From assembly GCF_018977255.1 (NCBI RefSeq), contig NW_024704742.1, positions 12,960,001-13,024,000 on the forward strand: 64,000 nt of DNA. The letters run 5' to 3'. This DNA comes from Callorhinchus milii (lineage: Eukaryota). Made by a program: the position numbers and the translations under genes. The notes beneath the pieces are model-generated. The model did not search any database. It saw nothing but the letters and a program-made list of their open reading frames with translations, and was not told the DNA's origin. Positions 26,354-38,100 of the stretch are shown one piece after another. Each line of letters opens with the position of its first letter. Positions within the stretch are counted from its first letter, which is position 1.

Positions 26354-27030
26354 TAGGGTGTTCTTATTTCTGATTGTTGAACAGAAGATCACTACTGGAA
26401 GTTGCATATGTGAGTGGATCCTAAGGACACCATCGGGCTGAGCTATGAATGTACACTCTGTGAAGCCTCCCATGTAGTCACTTGGGTGAGGCTAAGTTTT
26501 TTAGGGTGACTGATGTGTCTGTGAAATATTACTCAAATGCAAGAAAAGGAACTTACAAACAATTTTAAGAGGAGAAAGGAGAAAAAAATAGAGAAAACAA
26601 AGGGGTAGGAAATAAAACAAGGATGTGTGTACATGTATAATTTTATGACTGTTAAAAAAATAAAAGTGTTTTTTCTCCTACCTCTCATAAAATAGTGGCT
26701 TTCTGGTGCAATTGCAATTCCCTTTACATACCCTGCCACCTCTCAACTGCATACTGCCAACTTGTTTTTTGGATAGGTTTCTAGTACTCTGGTGTGCTTA
26801 AGGACAAGTTGTGAGCCATTTGATCCCTTCTGTGACCTGCTGCAATTGTATCTAAGATTTAAGATTGTTAATATTTTAACACAATAAAAATAACCACATT
26901 AATTATAGAATAAAATGGTGTACACCAATTTATAATCCAGTACATAACTTTGTGAAGTATGCCATCACATCGGTGGGCAATGAAATATTGTGTAGAACTC
27001 AAATTATTACGGTTTTCTTATTCCTTAGAT

Positions 27031-29185
27031 TAGGGGTGGGCAATTATTTTGGCTGGCAGACCACTTCACGAGTTTTGGTAAGCTTCACAGGCCACATGCT
27101 TAATAATAGCTCAAAATCAAGTGTTACACTTGTGCATGCATAAAATAAAGACTATATAATTGACATTCATTAAAATTAGGTTAAATAAAAACAACTCATT
27201 AGCAGACATTTATTCAATATTAATGAGAATGTGAGAAGCTCACTCAGTGGGAAGAATGAAAGCGCTAATGTGCTTCAACCAGACAATTGAAGTCAGGCAT
27301 TGTCTCCGTCGTTGCAATGCAGAGTACTGCTGGTTAACGTGCAAGCTAAAGCACTAATGGGTAGGGTGGTCCTTACTAGACAAGCAGCAGGAAAGTTGCC
27401 AGACAGTGTGGGGAAATGAGTTAGGGTGTTCTTATATAGAAACAGAAATCGCTGGGAACATGCAGCAGGTCAGGCAGCATCTATGGATAAAGGAAATTGT
27501 GTTAACGTTTTAGGTCAATGACCTTTCGTCAGAACTGCCTTTTGTAGGGTGTTCTTATTTCTGATTGTTGTCCAGAAGATCACTACTGGAAGTCATCACA
27601 GATCTATGTTTCGATTTGTTCAATTTCATCACAGAAAATGTCTCCTCACATATGTATGTTGATCCAAACAGCACAAGCATCCTCTGGGCATGAGCCTTTA
27701 TTTTTGGAAAGGTATATTCATTAAGAGAGGCGTAAAAACTGGGAAGCGGCATTGATTTGAATTGCTCCGCAAGCAATGGATCACATTGCAGGTCAATAAG
27801 CTTGAGTTGGAGGTCAAATGGGGCTTTGTCATCATCAAATGAGAAAGGTGAAGAGACCAAAGACAGGTCAGTTTCAATCAAATTGAAATCCTGGAATCAG
27901 TGAGAAAATTCAGCATGTAAGTCAAGAAGTGACGAAGTATATTTTTTAAGGCTTTGATCGCAAACAGTTGGAAAGTGGGCAAACAGCCTGTTTCCTATCT
28001 GACGCGATAAAATAAATAATTTCATCGTAAATGACTTGACACTGCAATGCAAATCGTGAACAAAGACTCCCTTCTGTTGCAGTTTTGAATTCAGTTCATT
28101 CATGTGGCCCATGATATCAATGGCAAATGCGAAATCAGAGCTAATTCGAGTCATTCAGCTGTGGGAAACCCAAATCTTTTTGTTTCATGTCCAAAAATCA
28201 ATCAATCTGTTCTCAGTTTCCACACTCTTTTCAAGACCTTTCCTAAACTAAGCCGTCTTACATGTGTGTGATACAGAACATCCGTGTGCTCGGATTCCAA
28301 TTCCTCAAACAGAGTTACAATTGCCTGTGGTTTAATGTGGTTGACCACCTCATAACTGTCCAAGACATTGCTTAGTTTTAGAACACTCTGTTTACAGAGG
28401 ACCTCTTGGTGAATAATGCAGTGTAGAAAAGCAATATTCTGTTCTGGGTTTGTTTTTTTGACTTGATCTTGAATTCTTTTCAGTAACCCAACATTTTTAT
28501 CTGTCTGATTTGGGTTTCCATCGGTGGTCACATTTACCAATTTTTTCCATACCTAATTTTAAGATACACCTATTTATTACCTCCAAAAAGTCTTCTTCAG
28601 TTGTTGTATCTATCATTGACTGCATTGCTGCCAATTCTTCTGTGAGCTCAAATGTTTGGTGATACCTCGAATAAAAATTATCAACTGGGCTGTGTCTTTG
28701 ACATCACAACTCTCATCGAGTGCCAGTGAAAAACATGCAAAATTGCTTACGTTATTTTGTAACTGCACAGTTTTTATTTTCTGTTTATTTTTTAATTTAT
28801 TTTTATTTTATTTGTTTTATTTTCCACCCACACTGGTAAAAACAATCTATTCTTTGTTGAATATTCTGCCTTCTGCGTCCACTTTCCGGTTCTTTGATAA
28901 ACTCATTTATAATTAACGTCCTCATCAATGAAAAGTATTGCTGTGTCTGAAAATTTGCCGATCCGTACATTTCTGACGTCAGCCTGATTCAACACTTAAG
29001 GGAGCGTACGCTCAACTAAGCAGTGTGATTGGCTGATGTTCCCGGTCAGGTTCAAATGAGAAATTTGTGCGACTTTCTGGGACTGAACAAACTATAATTT
29101 TTTGTATTGCTAGGCACAATGACGGGCTGGATAGAATCATTTGGTGGCTGGATATGGCCCGCGGGCTATCTTTTGCCCACTCCTG
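27031..29185 (-). mobile_element. Decayed hAT (Charlie-type) DNA transposon with transposase remnants
   Basis: TIRs (c/t)AGG(g/a)GTGGGCAA at 27031 and 29173-29185. 8-bp TSD-like ccttagat/ctctagat. Transposase motifs TTDG, HCIIHQE.LC, R.LSLGKVLKR, FGSTYICE..FS.MKLNKSKHRS. Confidence 0.9.
27436..27544 (-). mobile_element. Second copy of the Penelope-like terminal fragment, inside the hAT element
   Basis: Same direct repeats at 27422-27435 and 27545-27558. Minus strand reads CTGACGA-AAGGTC-ATT-GACCT-AAAACGTT. Confidence 0.65.
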
Positions 29186-29660
29186 CTCTAGATGGTGCTG
29201 TTGCTTTAATTAATACTAGAATCCTAAGTAGTATACTTATTGCCTAATTGTGCTGCCACTTCTTTAGTAATCAATATGAAATGTGCAGCTCATTGTTTTG
29301 CGTTTGATATATAGCCTACAACATCAATTTTTTGAAGCATTCCATTGGGAAATGATGTACGTGTAATGACTGTATTTGTAAACAGCCACTGCCAGTCATT
29401 GTATGCAGAACAATGTCCCACAAACCGCCATGAAGTGAATGTTCAATTTATCTGGAGCCAGAATATCAGGAGAAACTGCTTTCCTTTAGGTAGTACCATG
29501 TGATCTTAACCTTCAGATGAATCTTAGTTTAACACCTCATCTGAAAGACACCTCCAACAATGCATCACTTAACCATCAGTGTACTTGAGTGTCACCAAGT
29601 CTGAGCACAAAGTCCTAACATGGGGTTTGAACCCATACCGTTCTGACCTTTGACCTCAGT

Positions 29661-30025
29661 GAAGTCCTGTAGTTTAGTGGTTTGAGCACTCGCCTCGCAA
29701 GTGAGAGAACCTGGGTTTGATTCCCAGCAGGGCAAAACATTGGGCAAGTTTCCTTACTCCATCTGTTTATCTAACAAGCAGGAACCCGGTTGTTAGTTGA
29801 ATGGCGGTTTGCTTTCCGGGGATAATAATCCCTTCAAAAAAATTTTTTAAATAAATTGTTCACTCAATCTTCAAGACTGTTTGTGGGACACTGCTGTGTG
29901 CAATTGGCTGCCACATTTTGCACACAAATCAGTCAATTCACTTTACAGTATATAATGTGAAGTGCTTTGAGATATTTCAATGACCTGATATGGTGCTATA
30001 TCAAATGAAAGGATTATTTTATTAT
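29661..30025 (+). mobile_element. Full-length Deu-type SINE family A
   Basis: tRNA head, core and TTA tail as at 24937. Confidence 0.85.
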
Positions 30026-30489
30026 TTGTTTAATGGGCAGTGGACATGTGAATCCCAATGCCACGCTTAAGAGTACATAAGCCAAACAGTCAGAAATTCC
30101 CATGTTTGGAATGCAATGCACAGTCTATCCCTGGAGGGTTGCATCCTGCGTACCTATAGTGTTTCTGAAGAGAATAAGGTGCAGGTTGGCAAGACCCAAG
30201 GCTTGGGAATCTCAAGAGTGTTCGTTGAGGCACTGTTTGAGTCTGACCAACTAAAACTGCATAGCTTGCCATTGATATCGCTGTATGGCAAGTTTCCCAC
30301 TGCTTGTCCAGCTAGGATAATCCTATCCGTTAGAAGCTTTGGTTTACAGTTTTAACAGGAGCTGAGTGGAAAGAATCCTTGCTCCCCAGTCTTGCCAATG
30401 AGCCAGGCTGGCTGGTCTGTCATCAACAGTACCCTGGCAATACTGCATCCATTTCTGGCTCAGGAACCGGACTATCAAAACTGCAACAG

Positions 30490-30710
30490 AACCATAGAAA
30501 TTTACAATATATAAAAGTCATGCAGACCATTATGTCTATTCTGACTCTTTTGAGAGCAATCCTTTCAGTCCCATTTACCTGCTTTTTACCATACCCGAGT
30601 GTCTTACACCTTTTTAGATGTTTATCTAGTTCTTTTTTGACTGCTAATATGGATTCTGTCTCAACTACTGCTCCCAGCAGGGCATTCCATATTCTAACCA
30701 CTGTGAAATA
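30490..30710 (-). mobile_element. CR1 3' fragment
   Basis: FTVVRIWNAL..AVVE..SI...KKELDKHL, a CR1 ORF2 C-terminal motif. Confidence 0.75.
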
Positions 30711-31101
30711 AATTTCCATTTGTTCTTTGGCTAGCTAGCTATCCATTCATGCTAAATCAAGGCCTTAGTCTGCCTGTTCAGGTGGACATTAAAGATTCCA
30801 TGGCACTAATTCGAAAGAAGAGGAAGTTTTTACTGGTGTCCTGGCCAACAATCCCCCTAATAAATTTAGTCATTCAGGTCATGGCTATTTGTAGGACATT
30901 GCTATGTGCAAATTGTCCATTCATACCCACAAGCATACAGTCACTCCCAACTTTACTGTTTGCTGCATCTGCCCACGAAACACAGTCACTGAACTTTACA
31001 GCGTATCCCGTGAAGCTCTTTGGGACATCCTCTGAACACTATACCAAATGTAAGGATTCTAATTAATGTTTAATTCAAAGGACCTCTGCTAGCAATGCAT
31101 T

Positions 31102-31460
31102 GAAGCCTCATGTAGCATAGTGGTTAGCGGGCTCGCCTCGCAAGCAAGGACCCTGGTTCGATTTCTGAGTGAGGCAAAACCATAGACAAGTTTCCTTACT
31201 CCACGCGCCTCTGTTTACCTAGCAGTAAGTAGAAACCCAGTTGTTAGTCAATCAGCAGATCGCTTTCCGGGGCTAAAGTCAATTCCTCAAAAAAGTCACT
31301 CAATCCACAACTGTTTGTGGGACACTGCTGCACGCAAGTGGCTGCTGTGATTCGCCCACAAAATACAGTCAATCCGCTTTACAATATATTCTACAAAGCA
31401 CTTTGAGATGTCTCAATTATGTAATAAGGCACTTTATCAAAGACAAGGAGTATTATTATT
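31102..31460 (+). mobile_element. Full-length Deu-type SINE family A
   Basis: tRNA head with ggttcgatt B box, core and tail. Confidence 0.82.
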
Positions 31461-32649
31461 TTATTATGAGACTATCAGATCAAATTCCCAACGTGGGGCT
31501 TGAATGCACAACCTTGACTCAAGAGACAAGAAGGTACGATTGAGCCGGGCAGTGCATTTATTAGCATCGTAGACATTTAAAATAGTTCAAATTTTTAAAC
31601 CAAAATAAGTTGAATGAGATTTGATAGATTTGCTTAATAATAATCCTTGCGTTTGATACATTGCCTTATCACATCTTCGAGACTTCTAAAAGCACTTCAC
31701 AGAATATACTGTAAAGTGAATTGACTGTATATTTTGCAAAATGATTTCTCCCTTTCATGTGATTATATTAACCAAACAGCATGCAGCCCTATACTGCAAA
31801 ACCTTTTCACCCCTGCTCACTGTACAGGGATGCATGCCAGAAGCAATCATTGACCGACTGACCTGTAATGGAACGAGTCAGATAGCAAACTCATGATAAT
31901 GAGTGTTAACATAAATACAGTACAAAGCGTGAGCCTTATTAATGTGAGGATATGTTTGAATTAACCATGATCACTAAAGAATAATTACACTTGAAAAATA
32001 ATCAGAACTTGCTTGATGATTCCCTTTTGGGAATGGAGTGAACTTGGGCGTGTGAGCTGGCATTTGATTGACGGAGACTTGTCCAGCTTCTCAAATTCTC
32101 ACCAGCATCACAAGTACAGCGCTCGTGTCATGGCTGCAGCTAGTCTCAGTGGTGACCTGGCAACTGGCCAACACAGTCTATCAAACACACAGGCGGGTCC
32201 AAACACATTCATAGAGTCGCAGGTAGACAAACACATACATAGATGGGCGCACAGAGGTAGCTATGCCCTGCAGCGCATGCAGGTGGAATGCTAATTCTTT
32301 TTCTTTCAAACGAATTGCGTTCAGGATGTCAAATGATCAACTGGTAACTTGTCGGAGAGGTACATGGAGTCTTCTTGGGGCTAAGTTGGCTCTAAGACCA
32401 CATTCTTGTCAAAAAATGTCAGAATTGAGCCAATCTTCTGTGGTGGTCTCTCATGTCTGATTCCTGAGCCAGGCGGGTCTGCAGTAGTGCACAGGGCACT
32501 GCTGATGAAAGCACAGCCAGCCTGGAAAGGCAGACCAGGCACTGGGGGCAAGGATTCTTCGCACGTAATTCCTGTTAAAGCCAAAGCCCTAACAGGTATG
32601 GTGTTGCTAACTGGTTAAATGCCAGCAGTAGCCCCCACCAAAAATCAGG

Positions 32650-33000
32650 TTTGAACCCCAACTGTCCTTCTTACCTCACATCTGATTGCTGAACAGGACT
32701 GCTTTCCACCACCCTGGGCACATAATTCGCCTCCAACCGTACCTCATCTCCAATGCAGCTGAAACCCTCAGTCACGCATTTGTCATCTCCCTCCTCAAGT
32801 ATTCCAATGCCTTCCTTGCCGGTCTCCCCAGTTCCCCAAACTCTGTACAACCATCACAACAGTCCTCGCTGGGATCCATTGGCTCCCTATCACAGAACGG
32901 ATTGAATTCAAGATCCTCACACTCGTCTTCAAATCCCTTCATGCCCTGGCACCTCCCTACCTTTCTCACCTGCTTTCTCCCCACTCCACTACCCGCTCAG
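32650..33000 (+). mobile_element. L2 LINE fragment
   Basis: TAFHH...IRLQPYL..NAAETL.HAFVIS.L.YSNA.LAGLP. Confidence 0.78.
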
Positions 33001-33354
33001 CCAGCTCTGGACTCAACAAAAACTAGGATTTCTATAGTGCCTCAGGCAGGGAGGCGGCCCAGCCTCGTCTCCTCTGCTCCACCATCAGTGACTGCACTTT
33101 CAGCCCCCAGGCTCCGTCTCACCATCTTCAGGTCTTCTTTGACCGTGCCTACAGTCACTCCCCCCCGCTAGGAATTGTGTCTCTCCACTGGAAAGCGCTC
33201 TGGAGCGCTAATGTGCATGAGGGGTGCGATGTCAACATAAGCCGCTGTTGTTTTCCGAACCCACGTGTCAGACTGGTGGACACGCGTGTGCAAATCCACA
33301 CAACTTGAAAGACTGCAATACCTGGCAGCCTCTGTGACGGGAGGAGATGTGAGC

Positions 33355-34807
33355 GGGGGGGCACACCAGGAGGGGGGCACACCAGGAGGGGGGCACACCA
33401 GGGAGGGGGCACACCAGGGAGGGGGCACACCAGGGAGGGGGCACACCAGGGAGGGGGCACACCAGGAGGGGGGCACACCAGGGAGGGGGGCACACCAGGA
33501 GGGGGGCACACCAGGAGGGGGGCACACCAGGGAGGGGGCACACCAGGAGGGGGGCACACCAGGAGGGGGGCACACCAGGGAGGGGGGCACACCAGGGAGG
33601 GGGCACACCAGGGAGGGGGGTACACCAGGGAGGGGGGCACACCAGGGAGGGGGCACACCAGGGATGGGGGCACACCAGGGAGGGGGGCACACCAGGGAGG
33701 GGGCACACCAGGGAGGGGGGCACACCAGGGAGGGGGTACACCAGGAGGGGGGCACACCAGGGAGGGACGGTGCGGGGCGGGGACACCAGGAGGGGGCACA
33801 CCAGGAGGGGGCACACCAGGAGGGGGGCACACCAGGGAGGGGGCACACCAGGGAGGGGGGTACACCAGGAGGGGGCACACCAGGAGGGGGCACACCAGGG
33901 AGGGACGGGGGGGGGACACCAGGAGGGGGGCACACCAGGAGGGGGGCACACCAGGGAGGGGGGCACACCAGGAGGGGGCACACCAGGGAGGGGGGCACAC
34001 CAGGAGGGGGCACACCAGGGAGGGGGCACACCAGGGAGGGGGGACACCAGGGAGGGGGTACACCAGGAGGGGGCACACCAGGAGGGGGGCACACCAGGGA
34101 GGGACGGTGCGGGGCGGGGACACCAGGAGGGGGCACACCAGGGAGGGGGGCACACCAGGGAGGGGGCACACCAGGAGGGGGCACACCAGGGAGGGGGCAC
34201 ACCAGGGAGGGGGGCACACCAGGGAGGGGGCACACCAGGAGGGGGGCACACCAGGGAGGGGGGCACACCAGGAGGGGGGCACACCAGGAGGGGGGCACAC
34301 CAGGGAGGGGGGTACACCAGGAGGGGGGCACACCAGGGAGGGGGCACACCAGGGAGGGGGGTACACCAGGGAGGGGGGTACACCAGGAGGGGGGCACACC
34401 AGGAGGGGGCACACCAGGAGGGGGCACACCAGGAGGGGGCACACCAGGGAGGGGGCACACCAGGGAGGGGGGTACACCAGGGAGGGGGTACACCAGGAAG
34501 GGGGCACACCAGGGAGGGGGCACACCAGGAGGGGGGCACACCAGGAGGGGGGCACACCAGGGAGGGGGCACACCAGGGAGGGGGGTACACCAGGAGGGGG
34601 GCACACCAGGAGTGGGGCACACCAGGGAGGGGGTACACCAGGAAGGGGGCACACCAGGGAGGGGGCACACCAGGAGGGGGGCACACCAGGAGGGGGGCAC
34701 ACCAGGGAGGGGGGCACACCAGGGAGGGGGGTACACCAGGAGGGGGGCACACCAGGAGGGGGGCACACCAGGGAGGGACGGTGCGGGGCGGGGACACCAG
34801 GAGGGGG
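33355..34807 (+). repeat. G-rich minisatellite, unit ~15-17 nt G5-6-CACACCA-GG(G)A, roughly 90 copies
   Basis: Directly visible tandem array with variant units (GGTACACC, GGACGGTGCGGGGCGGGGACACC). Confidence 0.97.
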
Positions 34808-34876
34808 CGGGGTGGGGTGGAGACGGGTGACCAATGGGAAGCGGGCACACGGTGTGGGCGGGGCTGACGGGCGGCC
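34800..34876 (+). promoter_or_regulatory. PGRMC2 proximal promoter / 5' UTR with GC boxes and CCAAT
   Basis: GGGGCGGGG near 34804-34812, CCAAT at 34831-34835, GGGCGGGGC near 34856-34864. CpG-rich and immediately upstream of the ATG. Confidence 0.55.
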
Positions 34877-35192
34877 ATGGCGGGCGGCACGGAGGCGGAG
34901 GGGGATGGCGCGGCGGCTGCCCGGGAGGAGCTGTCCGGGGCGGGAGGGCTGGGGGTGGGCGGCCTGGCCCTGCTGTTGCTGGCGCTGCTCGGGGTTTACC
35001 GGCTGTACCGCAGGAGCAGAGCGGGCGGGCACAGGGCGGGAGGGCAGGAGGCGGCGCTGCCGAGGATGAAGCGGCGCGACCTGAGTCTGGACCAACTCAG
35101 ACAGTATGACGGCGTCAGCAGCGCCCGCCTCCTGCTCGCCGTCAACGGCAAAGTGTTCGACGTGACCAAAGGCAAGAAATTCTATGGACAGG
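34877..35192 (+). CDS. PGRMC2: PGRMC2 exon 1 (N-terminal TM helix and start of cytochrome b5-like heme/steroid-binding domain)
   Basis: Strong Kozak gccATGg. Hydrophobic GLALLLLALLGVY segment, then LPRMKRRD.SL.QLRQYDG...LLAVNGKVFDVTKG.KFYG. Donor G|gtcagt at 35193. CpG-rich. Confidence 0.95.
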
Positions 35193-35199
35193 GTCAGTA

Positions 35200-38100
35200 T
35201 CACTGTGTGTGTGACAGTCACTGTGTGTGAGACAGTCACTGTGTGTGAGACAGTCACTGTGTGTGTGACAGTCACTGTGTGTGTGTGACAGTCACTGTGT
35301 GTGTGACAGTCACTGTGTGTGAGACAGTCACTGTGTGTGTGACAGTCACTGTGTGTGTGACAGTCACTGTGTGTGTGACAGTCACTGTGTGTGAGACAGT
35401 CACTGTGTGTGTGACAGTCACTGTGTGTGAGACAGTCACTGTGTGTGTGTGACAGTCACTGTGTGTGTGTGACAGTCACTGTGTGTGTGTGACAGTCACT
35501 GTGTGTGACAGTCACTGTGTGTGTGACAGTCACTGTGTGTGTGACAGTCACTGTGTGTGTGACAGTCACTGTGTGAGACAGTCACTGTGTGTGTGACAGT
35601 CACTGTGTGTGTGACAGTCACTGTGTGTGTGACAGTCACTGTGTGTGTGACAGTCACTGTGTGTGTGACAGTCACTGTGTGTGTGACAGTCACTTGTGTG
35701 GTGTGTTGGTGACAGTCACTGTGTGTGTGTGACAGTCACTGTGTGTGTGTGACAGTCACTGTGTGTGACAGTCACTGTGTGTGTGACAGTCACTGTGTGT
35801 GTGACAGTCACTGTGTGTGTGACAGTCACTGTGTGTGTGTGACAGTCACTGTGTGTGTGACAGTCACTGTGTGTGTGACAGTCACTGTGTTGTGTGTGAC
35901 AGTCACTGTGTGTGTGACAGTCACTGTGTGTGTGACAGTCACTGTGCAGTCATGTGTGTGTGACAGTCACTGTGTGTGTGTGACAGTCACTGTGTGTGTG
36001 ACAGTCACTGTGTGTGTGACAGTCACTGTGTGTGTGACAGTCACTGTGTGTGTGTGACAGTCACTGTGTGTGTGTGACAGTCACTGTGTGTGTGACAGTC
36101 ACTGTGTGTGTGACAGTCACTGGTGTGACAGTCACTTGTGTGTGACAGTCACTGTGTGTGTGACAGTCACTGTGTGTGTGTGACAGTCACTGTGTGTGTG
36201 ACAGTCACTGTGTGTGTGGTGTGAACAGTCACTGTGTGTGTGACAGTCACTGTGTGTGTGACAGTCACTGTGTGTGACAGTCACTGTGTGTGTGACAGTC
36301 ACTGTGTGTGTGACAGTCACTGTGTGTGTGACAGTCACTGTGTGTGTGTGACAGTCACTGTGTGTGTGACAGTCACTGTGTGTGTGTGACAGTCACTGTG
36401 TGGTGGACAGTCACTGTGTGTGTGTGACAGTCACTGTGTGTGTGACAGTCACTGTGTGTGTGACAGTCACTGTGGGTGTGTGACAGTCACTGTGTGTGTG
36501 ACAGTCACTGTGTGTGTGACAGTCACTGTGTGTGTGACAGTCACTGTGTGTGTAGACAGTCACTGTGTGTGTGACCAAGTCACTGTGTGTGGACAGTCAC
36601 TGTGTGTGTGACAGTCACTGTGTGTGTGTGACAGTCACTGGTGTGTGTGACAGTCACTGTGTGTGTGACAGTCACTGGGTGTGAGACAGTCACTGTGTGT
36701 GATATGTTGTGAAGTCACTTGTGTGTGTGACAGTCACTGTGTGTGTGACAGTCACTGTGTGTGTGACAGTCACTAGGTGTGTGACAGTCACTGGTGGACA
36801 GTCACTGTGTGGGTGACAGTCACTGTGTGTGTGACAGTCACTGTGTGTGTGACAGTCACTGTGTGTGTGACAGTCACTGTGTGTGTGACAGTCACTGTGT
36901 TTGTTACAGTCACTGTGTGTGTGACAGTCATGTGTGACAGTCACTGTTGTGTGTATCTGTGGTGTGACAGTCACTGTGTGTGTAGGACAGTCACTGTGTG
37001 TGTGACAGTCACTGTGTGTGTGACAGTCACTGTGTGTGTGACCACTGTGTGTGTGGTGACAGTCACTGTGTGTGTGACAGTCACTGTGTGTGTGACAGTC
37101 ACTCTGTGTGTGTGACAGTCACTGTGTGTGTGTGAGACAGTCACTGTGTGTGTGACAGTCACTGTGTGTGTGACAGTCACTATGTGTGTGACAGTCAGTG
37201 TGTGTCTGACAGTCACTGTGTGTGTGACAGTCACTGTGTGTGTGACAGTCACTGTGTGTGTGTGACAGTCACTGTGTGTGTGACAGTCACTGTGTGTGTG
37301 ACAGTCACTGTGTGTGTGACAGTCACTGTGTGTGTGACAGTCACTGTGTGTGTGACAGTCACTGTGTGTGTGACAGTCACTGTGTGTGTGACAGTCACTG
37401 TGTGTGTGACAGTCACTGTGTGTGTGTGACAGTCACTGTGTGTGTGACAGTCACTGTGTGTGTGTGACAGTCACTGTGTGTGTGACAGTCACTGTGTGTG
37501 TGACAGTCACTGTGTGTGTGACAGTCACTGTGTGTGTGACAGTCACTGTGTGTGTGACAGTCACTGTGTGTGTGACAGTCACTGTGTGTGTGACAGTCAC
37601 TGTGTGTGTGACAGTCACTGTGTGTGTGACAGTCACTGTGTGTGTGACAGTCACTGTGTGTGTGACAGTCACTGTGTGTGTGACAGTCACTGTGTGTGTG
37701 ACAGTCACTGTGTGTGTGACAGTCACTGTGTGTGTGACAGTCACTGTGTGTGTGACAGTCACTGTGTGTGTGACAGTCACTGTGTGTGTGACAGTCACTG
37801 TGTGTGTGACAGTCACTGTGTGTGTGACAGTCACTGTGTGTGTGACAGTCACTGTGTGTGTGACAGTCACTGTGTGTGTGACAGTCACTGTGTGTGTGAC
37901 AGTCACTGTGTGTGTGACAGTCACTGTGTGTGTGACAGTCACTGTGTGTGTGACAGTCACTGTGTGTGTGACAGTCACTGTGTGTGTGACAGTCACTGTG
38001 TGTGTGACAGTCACTGTGTGTGTGACAGTCACTGTGTGTGTGACAGTCACTGTGTGTGTGACAGTCACTGTGTGTGTGACAGTCACTGTGTGTGTGTGAC

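Noticed and set aside
27555..28540. Domesticated hAT gene (GTF2IRD2/EPM2AIP1-like)
   Set aside because: Multiple frameshifts, deletions and an insertion; bounded by TIRs and a TSD, so a dead transposon.
33155..35275. Long ORFs (706, 560, 540, 521 aa etc.) of PGVPP/GGHTR repeats
   Set aside because: They are translations of a minisatellite lacking stop codons, open in several frames on both strands.
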